64,000 bases of DNA, from NCBI GenBank assembly GCA_965153355.1, contig OZ231126.1:6510001-6574000 (forward strand), in the 5' to 3' direction. The stretch is from Flaccisagitta enflata. Taxonomy: Eukaryota. Under the pieces are notes generated by a model that was not told the origin of the DNA, made no database searches, and was given only the letters and a program-made list of their open reading frames with translations. Below are positions 1 through 15,995 of the stretch, in pieces (position 1 is the first letter of the stretch; every line of letters begins with the position of its first letter). Both the position numbers and the translations under genes were made by a program.

Positions 1-24
1 CCTCTCCGGTATCCTTCCCCCACC

Positions 25-288
25 TTGCCGCGACATATGTGGTCTGTTGAGAGTTGGTCGTGTATTACCCTTAACCCCCCTTCTTCTCTACCCCCCACCC
101 CCTTGCGGCGACATCTGTGGTGTGTTGATAGAGTAGGGCCTGCACGACTCTATTACCCCCCCCTTCCTCTCTACAAGCCCCCCCCCCCTTGCCGCGACAT
201 CTGTGTTCTATTGATAGAGTTTTGTGTGTCTTACCCCTAACCCCCCTCCTCTCTAGCCCCTTCCCCCCCTTTGCCGCGACATCTGTGG
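25..288. repeat. C-rich ~70-80 bp minisatellite, left part
   Basis: Repeated core TTGCCGCGACATCTGTG(G/T)T..GTTGATAGAGTT..TATTACCCC with poly-C tracts; resumes at 1713. Confidence 0.9.
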
Positions 289-290
289 TA

Positions 291-1712
291 GGGCCAACGG
301 TTTTTGCATCAAATCAATTGAACACCCCAGCCTGCAGCTTTTTTAAACAGACTATGTCTATACTGTTGAAAACTACTCGCTATATGACTTTTCTCCGTGA
401 TTCAGAGGTGCCAGATTTGATATTTTGATCATAACTTGCTGGTGGTTGTGGTAGAAATGTCAAATTTAGGTCATTTTGGCCACCAAATTGAGCCACTTAG
501 CCTTAGAAATCAAACCATAAAATCCATGAGATTTTAAAACTAGAACTCAAGATCTCACTAGTGGTGCAATCCGCATGTTTCTATCGTTTTTTGTTTAGAT
601 TTGAGATCATTTCTGATGAAAGCGGTTTGAAGGGAAAATTGCGGTTTTTATTAGTGGCAATTTTGACATTTTCCACATTTCAATTTTCGCGGTTTTGATA
701 GACAATTGCATAATTGGTGATCAAATTGAAGAGTTTTCCTGTTCTGCTGATGGTGTGGCTTTGATCGATATTCCCAATTTTAGAGACTGTAAAGCAGGTG
801 CAAAGTCGATTTTTTTGCAAATTGTCATTTTGGATGAAAATTAGGCCACTTCCAATTTATAAGAAGACTTAAAATTCATGAGCAAAAAAAGTACTGCTCA
901 GGAGCACCAGTGGTAATCGGCGCAATAAGTTTTTGCATTTAGATTTTATAGAACTTCAAAGATCTAAGGGTATGTCAAAATAACAATTTTTGGGTATTTT
1001 AATCTTTGAAGTTCTATAAAATCTAAATGCAAAAACATATTGACACGCCGATTGCACCACTGGTTAGCTCCTGAGCAGTACTTTATTTTGCTCATGGATT
1101 TTAAGTCTTTTTATGAATTGGAAGTGGCCTAATTTTTCATCCAAAATTGACCAATTTGCAAAAAAATTGATTTTTTTGCACCTGCTTCTACAGTCTCTAA
1201 AAATTTTTTGGGGGGAATATCGATCAAAAATTTTTTTACCATCAGCTAGAACAGGAAAAACTCTTCAATTTGATCACCAATTTTATGCAGATTGGTCCAT
1301 CCAAAGCCGCGAAATATTGAAATTTGTGAAAAATGTCAAAATTGCCACTGAAATTGAAGCTGCCATTTTCCCTTCAAACCCTTTTGTCTTTGAAATGCTC
1401 TCAAATCTAAACGAAAAATGATAGAAACATGCGGATTGCACCACTAGTGAGATCTTGAGCTCTAGTTTTAAAATCTCATGGATTTTAGGTTTGATTTCTA
1501 AGGCTAAGTGGCTCAATTTGGTGGCCAAAATGACCTAAATTTGACATTTTTACCACAACCACCATCAAGTTATGATCAAAATATCAAATCTGGCACCTCT
1601 AAATCATGGAGAAAAGTCATATAGCCAGTAGTTTTCAACAGTATACACATAGTCTGTTTAAAAAAGCTGCAGGCTGGGGTGTTCAATTAATTTGATGCAA
1701 AAACCGTTGGTC
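291..1712. mobile_element. ~1.4 kb foldback/palindromic non-autonomous DNA element inserted in the minisatellite
   Basis: Left arm (CCAACGGTTTTTGCATCAAATCAATTGAACACCCCAGCCTGCAGC...) is the reverse complement of the right arm (...GCTGCAGGCTGGGGTGTTCAATTAATTTGATGCAAAAACCGTTGG) along ~670-700 bp; spacer ~964-1000; TA at 289-290 and 1713-1714. Confidence 0.9.
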
Positions 1713-2156
1713 TATTGATAGAGTTGGGATGTATTACCCCTAAGCCCCCCTCCTCTCTACCCCTTCCCCCTTGCCGCGACAACTGTGTTCTGTTGATACA
1801 GTTGGTTGTGTATTACCCCTTACCCCCCTCCCCCTCCTCTCTACCCCTTCCCCCCCCCCCTTGCAGCGACATCTGTGGTGTGTTGATACAGTTGGTTGTG
1901 TATTACCCCTAACCCCCCTCCCCCTCCTCTCTACCCCTTCCCCCCCTTGCCGCGACATCTGTGTTCTGTTGATAGAGTTTGGCCTGCATAACTCTATTAC
2001 CCCCCCCCCCCTTCTTCTCTACCCCTCCCCTCTCCTTGCCGCGACATCTGTGTTCTGTTGATAGAGTTGGGCCTGCATTACTCTATTACCCCCCCTTCTT
2101 CTCTACCCCTCCCCTCTCCTTGCCGCGACATCTGTGGTGTGTTGATAGAGTTGGGC
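1713..2156. repeat. C-rich ~70-80 bp minisatellite, right part
   Basis: Same unit as 25-288, about 6 copies. Confidence 0.9.
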
Positions 2157-2680
2157 GTGTTTCGCCCGATTGTCCACCATTCGAGGCGTGGCAAGACGGC
2201 GTCCCAGAAGGCTGAGGCAACATTCCGCGTCTCCACTCTGGGAGGGAATTAGACTGAAATGATGCAATTGAAATCAATTATCTGACAAAAAATGTAAACC
2301 CTGCTGTAATTTTGGTTGGAAAGCAGACTGAATTGACATAATTGAGAAGAATTATTTGACAAGTAAAGCAAGTGTGCTTATTAATCTCAAAACTTTTGCA
2401 ATACTTTGCAGGGTAGCTTAAGATTTTTTACCAAGTTCATATATTTCTTGTATGACGCTACTTTAGAATGCACATTAACTAATAAATGATACAAACAAAA
2501 CTGTCAGAAAGAGATAAAACATAAGTTTTATAAAAGTTATATCAAAATGTTACATATAATAAAGCAGATTATAAATAAGTTTCCTGATGCTTCTTTTGAG
2601 CAAAGACTATCCCGCACTTACGCAACCTCCCATGCGATTGTTCCTATTTTGAGACTGCGCGTCAGTCGTCAGTCGTCACT

Positions 2681-3691
2681 GCCACCAAACTCATGATAAT
2701 GATAGTCACAACTATTTCTGTGATGCCATACGCCATCACACAGCGCCACCAAACTCATGATATTGATTGTCACAACTATCTCTGTGACGCCATACGCCAT
2801 CACACAGCGCCACCAAACTCATGATAATGATTGTCACATATGTTTTTGTGATGCCATACAGCATCACACAGCGCCACCAAACTAATGGTTATAATTGTCA
2901 CAACCATTTTTGTGACGTCATACGCCATCACACAGCGCCACCAAACTCATGATAATGATTGTCACAACTATTTCTGTGACGCCATACGCCATCACACAGC
3001 GCCACCAAACTCATGATAATGATTGTCACAACTATTTCTGTGACGCCATACGCCATCACACAGCGCCACCAAACTCATGATAATGATTGTCACAACTATT
3101 TCTGTGACGCCATACGCCATCACACAGCGCCACCAAACTCATGATAATGATTGTCACAACTATTTCTGTGACGCCATACGCCATCACACAGCGCCACCAA
3201 ACTAATGATAATGATTGTCACAACTATTTCTGTGACGTCATACGCCATCAAACAGCGCCACCCAACTCATGGTAATAATTGTCACAACTATTTCTGTAAC
3301 GCCATACGCCATCAAACAGCGCCACCAAACTCATGATAATGACTGTCACAACTATTTCTGTGACGCCATACGCCATCACACAGCGCCACCAAACTCATGA
3401 TAATGGTTGTCACTACTATTTCTTTGACGCCATACGCCATCACACAGCGCCACCAAACTCATGATAATGATTGTCACAACTATTTCTGTGACGTCATACG
3501 CCATCAAACAGCGCCACCCAACTCATGGTAATAATTGTCACAACCAGTTTTGTGACGTCATACGCACTCTCACAGCGCCACTGAACTCATGATAATAATT
3601 GTCACGACTATTTTTGTGACGCCATACGCCATCTCACAGCGCCACCAAACTCATGATAATAACTGTCACAACTATTTTTGTGATGTCATAC
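2681..3691. repeat. 64-bp minisatellite (~16 copies), resumes 4396-4548
   Basis: Unit GCCACCAAACTCATGATAATGATTGTCACAACTATTTCTGTGACGCCATACGCCATCACACAGC (period 3001->3065); internal GTCACA/TGTGAC hairpin. Confidence 0.95.
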
Positions 3692-4395
3692 GTCGAGGTG
3701 CAAATGAAGATAAAATTTCGGTTTCAGTCTCTTTTCATAACAATATTCATGATTATCTTATAATTTTTTTTAATGAAATTTGTAATTTTGTTGTTTGATA
3801 TCATTTCATTAGGAAAAGAAACCCTTGTATAATAAAGGTATTGCTTTTTTTTATTGACAAAGACAAGAAAGAATTACTGAAAATAATAGATTCCTCAAAA
3901 ATAGTCGTGCAAAAATTCAAAATCTGTGAAGGGAAAATTTTAAGTCTTGAACATATTGAACCATTATGCATTTCTGAGAACATGGCCCTTATCTTATATG
4001 TTCTTAGAATGAGGCTAGGTTTTTGAAAATGCAAAATTTTATAATTAGAGAGAGTCTTAGAATTTTCCCTGAGACAAGTCAAGTTGTAAAAATAAATTTT
4101 TTTTGGATTTCCTTCTTTTTAGTTGCGGACACGCAACTCTATAAGAGGCTTTGTCCGTCCGTCCATCCGTCCGCCCGTCCGTCCGTCCGTCCGTTGGTTG
4201 GTTGGTCCATGGACACGAGTCGAAAAGTGAGGAAACAAGTGTTTTAGATGTTTTTTGTGCATGTGAATGGGGGACTTGCAAAACAATATAACATGACAAT
4301 TATATTCATTGATGAAAAAAGTCTAAATAAGTAAAATTTAAAATATTGAAAAAATGTTTTGACTCCTCTAATTTGGTCTTCGTTTGCACCTTGAC
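3692..4395. mobile_element. TIR element (MITE) with 4-bp TSD ATAC, interrupting the 64-bp array; contains a HINE fragment at ~4121-4260
   Basis: Left GTCGAGGTGCAAATGAAGA, right TCTTCGTTTGCACCTTGAC (imperfect TIRs); ATAC on both flanks; array resumes in phase. Confidence 0.8.
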
Positions 4396-5289
4396 ATACG
4401 CCATCACACAGCGCCACCAAACTCATGATAATGATTGTCACAACTATTTCTGTGACGCCATACGCCATCACACAGCGCCACCAAACTCATGATAATAATT
4501 GTCACAACCATTTTTTCAATGCCATATGCCATCTCACAGCGCCATCAATGTCATTGATAACTGAATGATGGAATTGAATGAACGGATGGATCAATGAATG
4601 AATAATTGAATGAATGACTAACCTGCATCATATGCCATCTTCCCCTTCACTATCTCCATTATTTGTTCATTTCTGTCCGTGGGCCATTGCACATGCAACA
4701 TGTTTGCAAGTCAGTCTTTACTGATCTAACAGCATCACAGTATCACATTTTTTCCTGGCGACACCATAGGTTGTAACAAGCCACAAGACTGACCGTGGGT
4801 TTGTTAGTTGGTTGGTGTGTCTGTCATTGCATTCCTTGGCCTACAAAGCCTTGATCTGTTTGTTATCAAATATTCATGTCGATCGGTTAGTTAGTCGGTT
4901 GGTTTGTCTGTCAGTGCATTCATTGGCCCTACAAGGCCTCGCTGTATTAGTTATTAAATATTCAAGTTTAAAACTAAAAGATATTATAAATCTGAATCTC
5001 TTACGTTGTCGTTGTAATCAATAATGAATCGTAATCAAAAATGAATCATTTCGTTTAATCCCCTCATGTTCATCTGGGTTAGCTTAAAGCGTGTAATCTG
5101 CGTTGCATCTGTCCTCAGTTGATGTCAGTCTTGTGTGTTTTTCCCAGTTGCTGTATTTCCCCCTCTAACTTTTGTTTCACTTCTTTTAGAGGCTCTACAG
5201 TCCACAGTTAATCGTTCGTCGTTAATCAATAATTGTTTGTTTGGTTGTTCTACATTTCGTTAAATGGTATGTACTAAACTACTGATGTA

Positions 5290-7862
<2,573 letters not shown>

Positions 7863-8023
7863 CTACTACGCCGAACCCACGTGTCTTCATCTTCTTCTTC
7901 TTTTCTGGTCTTTCGTTGATCGTGTTCCATCGTTCTCATCGCGTTAGTTGTTGTTTTCTCATTCTCATCAACTTACAACTGCAACTTTTTCTATTTTTTC
8001 TCCTACTTTCTTTTCCTTTATAA

Positions 8024-8291
8024 ATGCGTCCTCGCATCTCTATAAGAGGGTCTGTCCATCCATCCATCCATCCATCCATCCATCTGTCCGTTGGTCCATT
8101 GCGTCGGTCAGCAAAAAACTCATTTTTCGGCTGTTTTCAGCCGCGGGGATATTTTTAACCGAGTCTGATGCTGTTTGAGGTGCAATAGGAGGGTCGATCT
8201 CTCCATCTGTGTGTCCAAGACACCTGTATAGCGCAAAAGTCAATACACGCAGAGGCACAGTCAGGACGCATTGTTGCCCGGTCAGGCTTGT
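8024..8291 (+). mobile_element. HINE/DINE-1-like element, ATGCGTCCTCGCAT subfamily (another copy on the minus strand at ~14052-14330)
   Basis: 5' hairpin ATGCG-TCCT-CGCAT, CTCTATAAGAGG, (TCCA)n microsatellite, subterminal GGACGCAT, 3' hairpin, CTTGTTT end. Confidence 0.7.
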
Positions 8292-10273
8292 TTCTTAAGC
8301 GGAGGAAAGAGGGAACTTATTAAGTAGAGTTGGCGGGATGGCGATGATGACTTATAAGGGGGGGGGGGAGAACAGAAAATTGAGGATTGATGGGATGAGG
8401 ATATGGGCCTATGGGGTGGGGGAAGGGAAAATCGATGATCGCTGGGGTGGTGATCGGGGTAACGGTGGGGTGATGATATGGAATGGGGGCCTGGAGGAAG
8501 GGAGGTAAAAGAGGAAATCGGGGGTTGGTGGGTTTATGATGTGAGGGTGATGGTTGTTAAAAATCGGGTATTGTTTGGGGTTATGATATGGGGGATAGCG
8601 GGGGTTGGGGAAAGAAAGCCGGATGGTGTGGAGGATAGCCGGGGGTGGGGGAAAGAAAGCCGGGTGGTGTTGGGGATATCTGGGGGTGGGGGTAAAAGAA
8701 AGCCGGATGGTGTGGGCGCTAGAATTGCGACTTGAGTTTATACTCATCAAGTTTTCTAATTTTCCCTCTCATTTTCTTCTGCTCGTCAGCGAGCTTTTGA
8801 AAAAAAGATATATCCAGACACGTACAACTACAAGCGATCCTGTAAGAGACTTCCCGTACGTCCATCTGTCTGATCCTGTACGTCCGTATGTACAAGCGAC
8901 TATATAAGAGACTTCCCGTGCGTCCATCTGTCTGATCCATTCTTAATTCGCGTGTCGAGTATTTCTTAGAAATGCGTATTTCCACCCCCGCTTCACCGCA
9001 TGCGACTGGTGTCATTGAATTTGCTGGTTTTATTTGAATTTTGATTCACTGCGTTTTTGCACATCAGTAAGCGGGCTGGCCTATCTGTTGGTCTGTTGGT
9101 ATTTTTGAAATGATTTGCACAATCTTTTTATGCTCAGAAGTCGTATCCTAACCTTGCTCCTTTAATCTTAGGGCATCTTTGCTTTAATTCCCTTCCTACT
9201 TTCTTCTCGCAACCGCATTTGTATTGTAATGATCTTTCGCCCGGTTTAAAAACTTCAATTCTCTTAAGGCTCGGTTAAACGCAGCGATTAAGCAGCAATT
9301 AAGCAGGGATTAACGGAACACCGAAACACACATTTAGTTGGACAAGAGCCGCCGACACCCCTCCTTACACACCCATGCACAACAGCACAGGTCGAGAAAC
9401 GTGCAACAACATGAAACTCCCATATGGTATCATGAAGCTTACCATATGGATATGGGTGACTGATTTGCGCACGTGGCGAGCCGGAATCTCAATATGTCAA
9501 ATCAGTTCACCTCAACCTCAGCCAGGCCAAAGTCTGACGTAATCATTGACGTCAGATTGGCACAGTTATACAGATCTAACGAACCTTGATGATGCTGAAT
9601 GGGAGTGAATGCTTAACTTAAAAAATTCTCTGACATGTTTGTCGTCCATCATAAGTGTTTAACTTTCAACTTCAAGGTGCCGTTGTTAGTTGCGAGCTCA
9701 TGACCCTATAACCCGCTATATCCGTTGGATGGTCGGTCGGATGGTAGGTCGGTTGGATCACACTTTGCTTTTTTGGCGTATACAGGCGTTTTTTGCATTA
9801 CTGCTCCTGGCCAGATGCTTGGATGGCCTTTTTTTATCACTGCCCCTGCCCACCCGCACGCGACTTTGGTAGCTTTTTATTCATAAACATTTGAATAGAT
9901 AACTTTTAAAACAAACTAGTGTGGTCTTCTTTTAAATGATTTGTTAGTTTTCTTTAGCGCACAGTGCAGTGACTTCTTCTTTTAAATGATTTATTAGTTT
10001 CCTTTGGCGCATAGTGCAGTGACGCAACCGCGGCCTCATTTGCAATCCATTAACTAAGCTCAAGTTTTCAGCCAACTTTGATGGCAAAATCTGTTTGCTT
10101 TCATTTTTGACGATATTATTTGCTGTAATGAATTTCCAATATCTAGGTCAACAATTAGTGCGCTTGACTTACACTGAGGACGCGTGGCTGCCACATTTCA
10201 GTCACATTAATCAAGATCCTTTACTCTGTACCATCACTTAAAAAAAGAAAAAAGAAAGAAAAAAACAAACAAA

Positions 10274-10406
10274 ACAAGGCCAAGTAGGCCAATAAGGTGC
10301 GACGTGTGGATCGTCGAACGAATGCGTTACCGACCAACCGACCGACCGACCAACCAACCAACCGACCGACGGACACAGCCAGTTATAGAGGTGCTTTGTC
10401 GCACCT
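10274..10406 (-). mobile_element. Short HINE/DINE-1-like element
   Basis: CAAGGCCAAGTAGGCC hairpin end, (ACCG/ACCA)n, TATAGAGGTGCTTTGTCGCACCTAAAA hairpin end. Confidence 0.7.
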
Positions 10407-11858
10407 AAAAATCTCACTATAGGAATAGTCATCTCCATGGAATAATTTTGTATGTCAATTTAATCTTTTCTTTGCAGTGAAATTGAATAACGCGAACTAA
10501 AACAATCCCCATTTATCAACAAACTCAGTTCTGAAACGAATTGGGTCAACCAGGAAAAAGTATCGGATCAGTTATCTGTCAGCGTCAGCGTCATTCGTTC
10601 GCCGTCAATCGTTCAGCTCCATTCTTTTAGCGCAAATTGTTCAGCTTCATTCGTTCAGCGCCGAACGTTCAGCGTCAATCGTTCAGCGCCTCCTATCTCA
10701 TTTCTACTTAATTATACTCCCGTCCTCAATTTCTGTGCTTAAAATTTTATAAAGTCTTTGTCCTGAACATGAATATGTCAAATAATCAATAAATACCGCG
10801 AAGCATAATCGTTTCATTCATCTACTATGTGCACCAATTAAGTAACGAAGTTTTATTCGATAATCGACATCCTCTTCAACATATTCTCCAGTTATTTATA
10901 GAAACCAAAATTTGGGCAAGAAAATTGAAAAGAAAAATAAAACACACGTGAAAACACGAATAAAAGTAATTTGAACCAAAAGAACGTAAAAATTATGGAA
11001 AAAGGAAATTGCTGATTTACAAACTGTGTCTTGTCTTTGAGCAAACAAATCAAAATTAAATCTTAAGCATCCTGTCTCTCTCTACTGTATTTGTCTCCTC
11101 CTTCCCCTCTCAATATCCGTGTTTCTGTGTCATTGGTTTTCTCTATCACCTCTCTATATCCCTTCTGTTGGCGTGCCTTTGATCATCTATCAGATCATCT
11201 GTGGGATCATCAGGAGATCTGCCGGATAATTGGCCGGATGAAATTTTCTAACGTCATGAAACAATCGTTAGCTGCCGGAAGTTATATAATACTATAAAAT
11301 TATCAAAACTCAATTGAACAAAAACATCCGAGGTTATATTGCTTGTGGCCTCTCACTCCCATGATTCCAGCGCTTCGACGATTCCTGTATCATCATTCGT
11401 TTGATAATTTGGGTCAGTAGTCATCGATTATGTACATACGGATCCTATTCCACACTCCATCATACAGAACAACCTCTCTTTCGAGCATCCCTTTCGATTT
11501 TCCCTTCTCGTTAAAATCGTGATACGCTATTCAATGAAATGATCAGATAAAAAAATATCTATTAATTAGCTAAACAGAAAAAAATAGTTCCTTGCTAAAA
11601 ATAAGCTTTTCGTTTTAAAGTGTGCGAATTTCGTCGAACTTTTTCACCTGACTACTCTTTTGCCGAACTTTTTTTCGTATTTCTCATAGTCGTTGATTCA
11701 ATTTTCAATGATGGCAAACTTTCCTCAATCCGCGAAAAGCCGACAGTTTCTTATCAAAGCTTAGATGCATTCAAAGAACATAATTTGTTTTAAAACCAGG
11801 AACACGCCATTCATTTGAAAAGCTAAAAAGTGACGAACTTTTCCATCGTTTCTGCATC

Positions 11859-13458
11859 ATGACTCTCGAAGTCGCTCCTCCGACCTCAATCTCCGTCGAA
11901 AAAAGTTCGGCAAATGATGAAGTTGACGAACTTGTCGTCCATAATTGTAGCAATCCGTCATCAACGCCAGTCACTGTCTCATCCGTTACCTCGTTAGCCC
12001 ATTGTGAACTGTCATCTTCTTCATCCGTCACCCCGTTAGCCCATTGTGAACTGTCAGCTTTTTCATCCAATACCTCGTTAGCCCATTGTGAAGTGTCATC
12101 TTCCTCATCAGTTACCCCGTTAGCCATTTGTGAACTGTCATCAACGCCAGTCACTGTCTCATCCGTTACCTCGTTAGCCAATTGTGAAGTGTCATCTTCC
12201 TCATCCGTCACTCCGTCATCCCACTCAAACTTGTCACTCTCTCCATCTTTCACGTCGTCATCCAAATCTGAGCAACCTCACTCGTCACCCTCATCCACGG
12301 ACGCCCCCTCACCCACCATCTCATCCACCTTCTCAACTCACTCTTCAAATTCTTCCTTCTCCTCAGCCAACCCTTTCTCACTTTTCAACGCCACCGCCGT
12401 TTCCTCCTCCTCGTCCTCCTCTCCCTCGTCATCTTCGTCTTCCTCCTCTTCCTCTTCTTCCTCCTCCTCCTCGTCTTCTAACGACAACGAAACTTACTCC
12501 ACGTGGGGAAGAAGTGACACATTTTGCGTAGAAATAAAGAAGGGCGACGTTCAAAGAAAAGGAGAAATTCCGTTAAGGGTTCGAAAATTGACGAAAATGG
12601 TTTCTACGTCTCGTTTCGATGCAAAAACTGGGCAAAATGTTGATGATGATAATACTCTTGCTACTACGACAACGCTTAATCGCGGTATTATAAAAATCAG
12701 ACGAGATGAGTTTGAAAAAATCAAGTCTGACGGCGATGAAAATATCAAAAACGGTAATGATCGGAAAACAATTCTTGTAACTGATAGGAAACTGATCCAA
12801 AACTGCGACGAAAAATTCCCATCAAGTGATAATCACGAAATTACAGCATTTAATTGTCAAAACATGGCAGCAAACGATGAATACAAAATGGCAGCAAATG
12901 ATAATCAAAAAAAGGCAGCGAAAGTTGATCTCGAAATGACTGTGAATGGCAGTCTAGAAATGGCGACGAACGCCAGTTGGAAACTGACCGCGGACGCGAA
13001 CGCAAACGCAAACGCAAACGCGAACGCGAACGCAAACGCAAACGCAAACGCAAACGCAAACGCAAACGCAAACGCAAACGCAAACGCAAACGCAAACGCG
13101 GACGTCCGTCTAGAGATTACATCAGAGGCCCCTAAGAAAGTTAAATCAAACATCTCGCGAAAAACGACCTCGAACACCCGCCCAAAAAAGTCATCTAACA
13201 TCAATCAAAAAATGACATCCAACATCCATCATAAAGTTACATCAAACACCCACGAGAAAATGACATCAAACACCCGCCAAAAAACGACATCAAACGCCCG
13301 CCAGAAAATGACATCAAACAGCGACGTGAAATTCGATTTTGACGTCGGACGTAAAAACCGGAAGAATGGTCTTTTGTTGGATTTTATCTTCGCTGCCATT
13401 TTTGGCTTCTTCGTATTCGCAGCGCCGCCAAACGTCGACGCGAAACCAACACAAACAT
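11859..13458 (+). CDS. Probable first coding exon (533 codons + 1 nt) of an unidentified gene: Ser/Thr-rich repeats, poly-S, (AN)n, basic 11-aa repeats, then a hydrophobic signal/TM-like segment
   Basis: 1.6-kb open frame in otherwise stop-rich DNA; internal repeats have frame-preserving periods; LLLDFIFAAIFGFFVFAAPPNVDAKP is followed by donor GTATGT at 13459, after which the sequence becomes a (TATCATC)n repeat. Confidence 0.65.
12997..13099 (+). repeat. (AACGCA/AACGCG)n hexamer microsatellite encoding (Asn-Ala)n
   Basis: Directly visible, in frame with the 11859 ORF. Confidence 0.9.
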
Positions 13459-13666
13459 GTATGTTTTTTTTTGGCTGTCATCATATCTATCATCTATCAT
13501 TTATCATCATATCTATCATCTATCATTTATCATTTATCATCTATCATTTATCATCATATCTATCATCTATTTACCATTTACTCCTCGATAATTGACAGCC
13601 CAACGCGGTCAAGGAGCAGAAAGGGGAATTGGTCTTTTGTTTTCCAGCTGAAGAAGACTCTCGCGC

Positions 13667-13795
13667 GGGTGGGTTTTGGCTGGGGTTTACGTTAGGGTCA
13701 GGGGTTGGGTTAGGCATAGGGATGGGTTTGGGGTTAGGGGTAGGGTCAGAGGTTATGTTAGGGGTGGGGTTAGGGTGAGGGTATGGTTAGGGGTA
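13667..13795 (+). repeat. Degenerate (TTAGGG)-like G-rich tract
   Basis: GGTTAGGG/GGGTTGGG/GGGTAGGG variants with G runs at ~6-bp spacing. Confidence 0.7.
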
Positions 13796-14787
13796 AGATT
13801 GCAGTTATGGATTCGTGAAAAAAAAACAGGTGCACAACCGCAGTGAGGTGTTCTCCACTTAACCGTATAAAAGGATTTAGTCTGTTCTTTGATGGAAGAA
13901 GAACATCGAATATGACGATACACATACGTACATTTATTGCAAGAACAGAGCCAAAATTTTCGACTTGTCCAGCCAAATCTTTGTTCAATGACAAATGAGC
14001 AGAATGAGCGAAGAGAGGGTATAAATAGGGAAAAATGGTCAAATGAAAGAACAAGGCCAAGTGGGCCAACGATGCGTCCTCTTTGAATGAACGTTTTTTA
14101 TAAATGAATGTTTTTTATGAATGAATGTCATTTGTGAATGAATGAATGATTGAATGGATGAATTACTTGATGTATGCTTCTTTTACTGGGGTAAAACCAC
14201 TTTTCTGTTGAAAAAATGCTTGATTTTGATGTTTTTAATGAATGCGTTACCAACCGACCGACCAACCAACCGACCGACCGACCGACCGACCGACGGACAC
14301 AGCCTATTATAGAGATGCGAGGACGCATCTAAAAATGGAAAGGAAAATTTTGGCTATGTTCTCGCAATAAATGTATGTGTATCTTCGTATTCGATGTTCG
14401 CCTTCCATACACCATACACCATACATATGATGTCTCATTCGCTTCAAAGATTTACTCTGTTGAAATGAATACACTATGCAATTACGTTTTTGACAGATTA
14501 AACAAAAAAAAAAAAAAACACCTTTGACATATTTCTTTTCTATTTGTTGCACATGCCTTAATTATTCGAAAGTACTGCCAGCTGCTAATCAAATTGACGC
14601 TTGAGCGGCTTTTCGATTTTATGTATTGGCTGTGTTTTGATCATGCCTAAGATTCTCCCACAGAAGTTAAAGTTGGAAGCGCCCTTCATCTAAAAAGACA
14701 TACTAAATGTGTTAGTTTCAACATCACGTACTTGTTATTTTGATGAAATACTCCCCACCGTACCTGGATGGATGAATTTGAATTGAG

Positions 14788-14869
<82 letters not shown>

Positions 14870-14982
14870 CAGAGAGACAGAGAGAAAGAGAAAGAAAGAA
14901 AGCGCCATATGAGAGGAGGCTGAGGCAGAGAATGAGTGTTTCAAAAATGTCCCCAGTCAACTCTCACGTCCAAAAAAAATTG

Positions 14983-15045
<63 letters not shown>

Positions 15046-15184
15046 GAGAACGGACAGAGACAGATGGGATGATTTGCATAGAAAGATGGATTAATTGTGC
15101 ATGAAGGCATAAAGGCCTATATAATTTGAATTAAACCAACACACAAAAACAAACATACACTACTTCAGGAGAAGGATTTCATAG

Positions 15185-15255
<71 letters not shown>

Positions 15256-15892
15256 TATCTCTCTGTCTGTCTGTCTGTCTGTATCTGGTTCTGTATCTCT
15301 CATTCTCTTTCTTCTTTCTCTCCCCCTGCTGTTGGCCTTGGAGTTAGAGAATAGACTGAAGAGTTCTCTTCCACCTCAAATGGAAGTTGAACCTATTAAG
15401 GCATCCTTCCCTTCTTTTCCCTTTTTGGGCACTGGCCCCAAAGGGCTTGTGACCTATAAACTAGCACATGTGGGGAAATATTTTCCTTTCTATACCCTTT
15501 GAATCCTAGAAATATAATGCCTCATAATATCCAGCCTCATGGTCCACAATTCAGCCTTAACCTCCAAATTCCAAGTTTAGATTCAAATATCCAGCTGTAC
15601 TACAATCTCAAGGCCTAAATTTCTGCCGTGAGACCATATCTCAGCCTCAAGCCTCAAATCCATGCCTTGAGGTACACGATTAAGTCAAAATTCCCATCTA
15701 CTAGTCATATATGTAGAAAAAATCCCAACCTCATGGCCTAACTCTTGTTGACTGAACTGACAGTGAGAGTCCACCTGTTTGTTTGTCTTTCTATGTGTCT
15801 GTGTGTAAGTCTGCTTGTTGTCCTTCTCTACCTTCTCTGTGTCTGTTTTTTTATGTCTTTTGTTGTCTCTGTCTATCTCTCTCTTTCTTACA

Positions 15893-15995
<103 letters not shown>

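Noticed and set aside
2195-2250. GTCCCAG..GGCTGAGGCAACATTCCG resembling HDV ribozyme sequence
   Set aside because: Could not build P1, P3/L3 or the nested pseudoknot by hand; likely coincidence
2681-3691. CRISPR-like appearance of the 64-bp (and the 37-bp, 22795-23766) arrays with internal hairpins
   Set aside because: No unique spacers, whole units repeat, no cas genes, eukaryotic context
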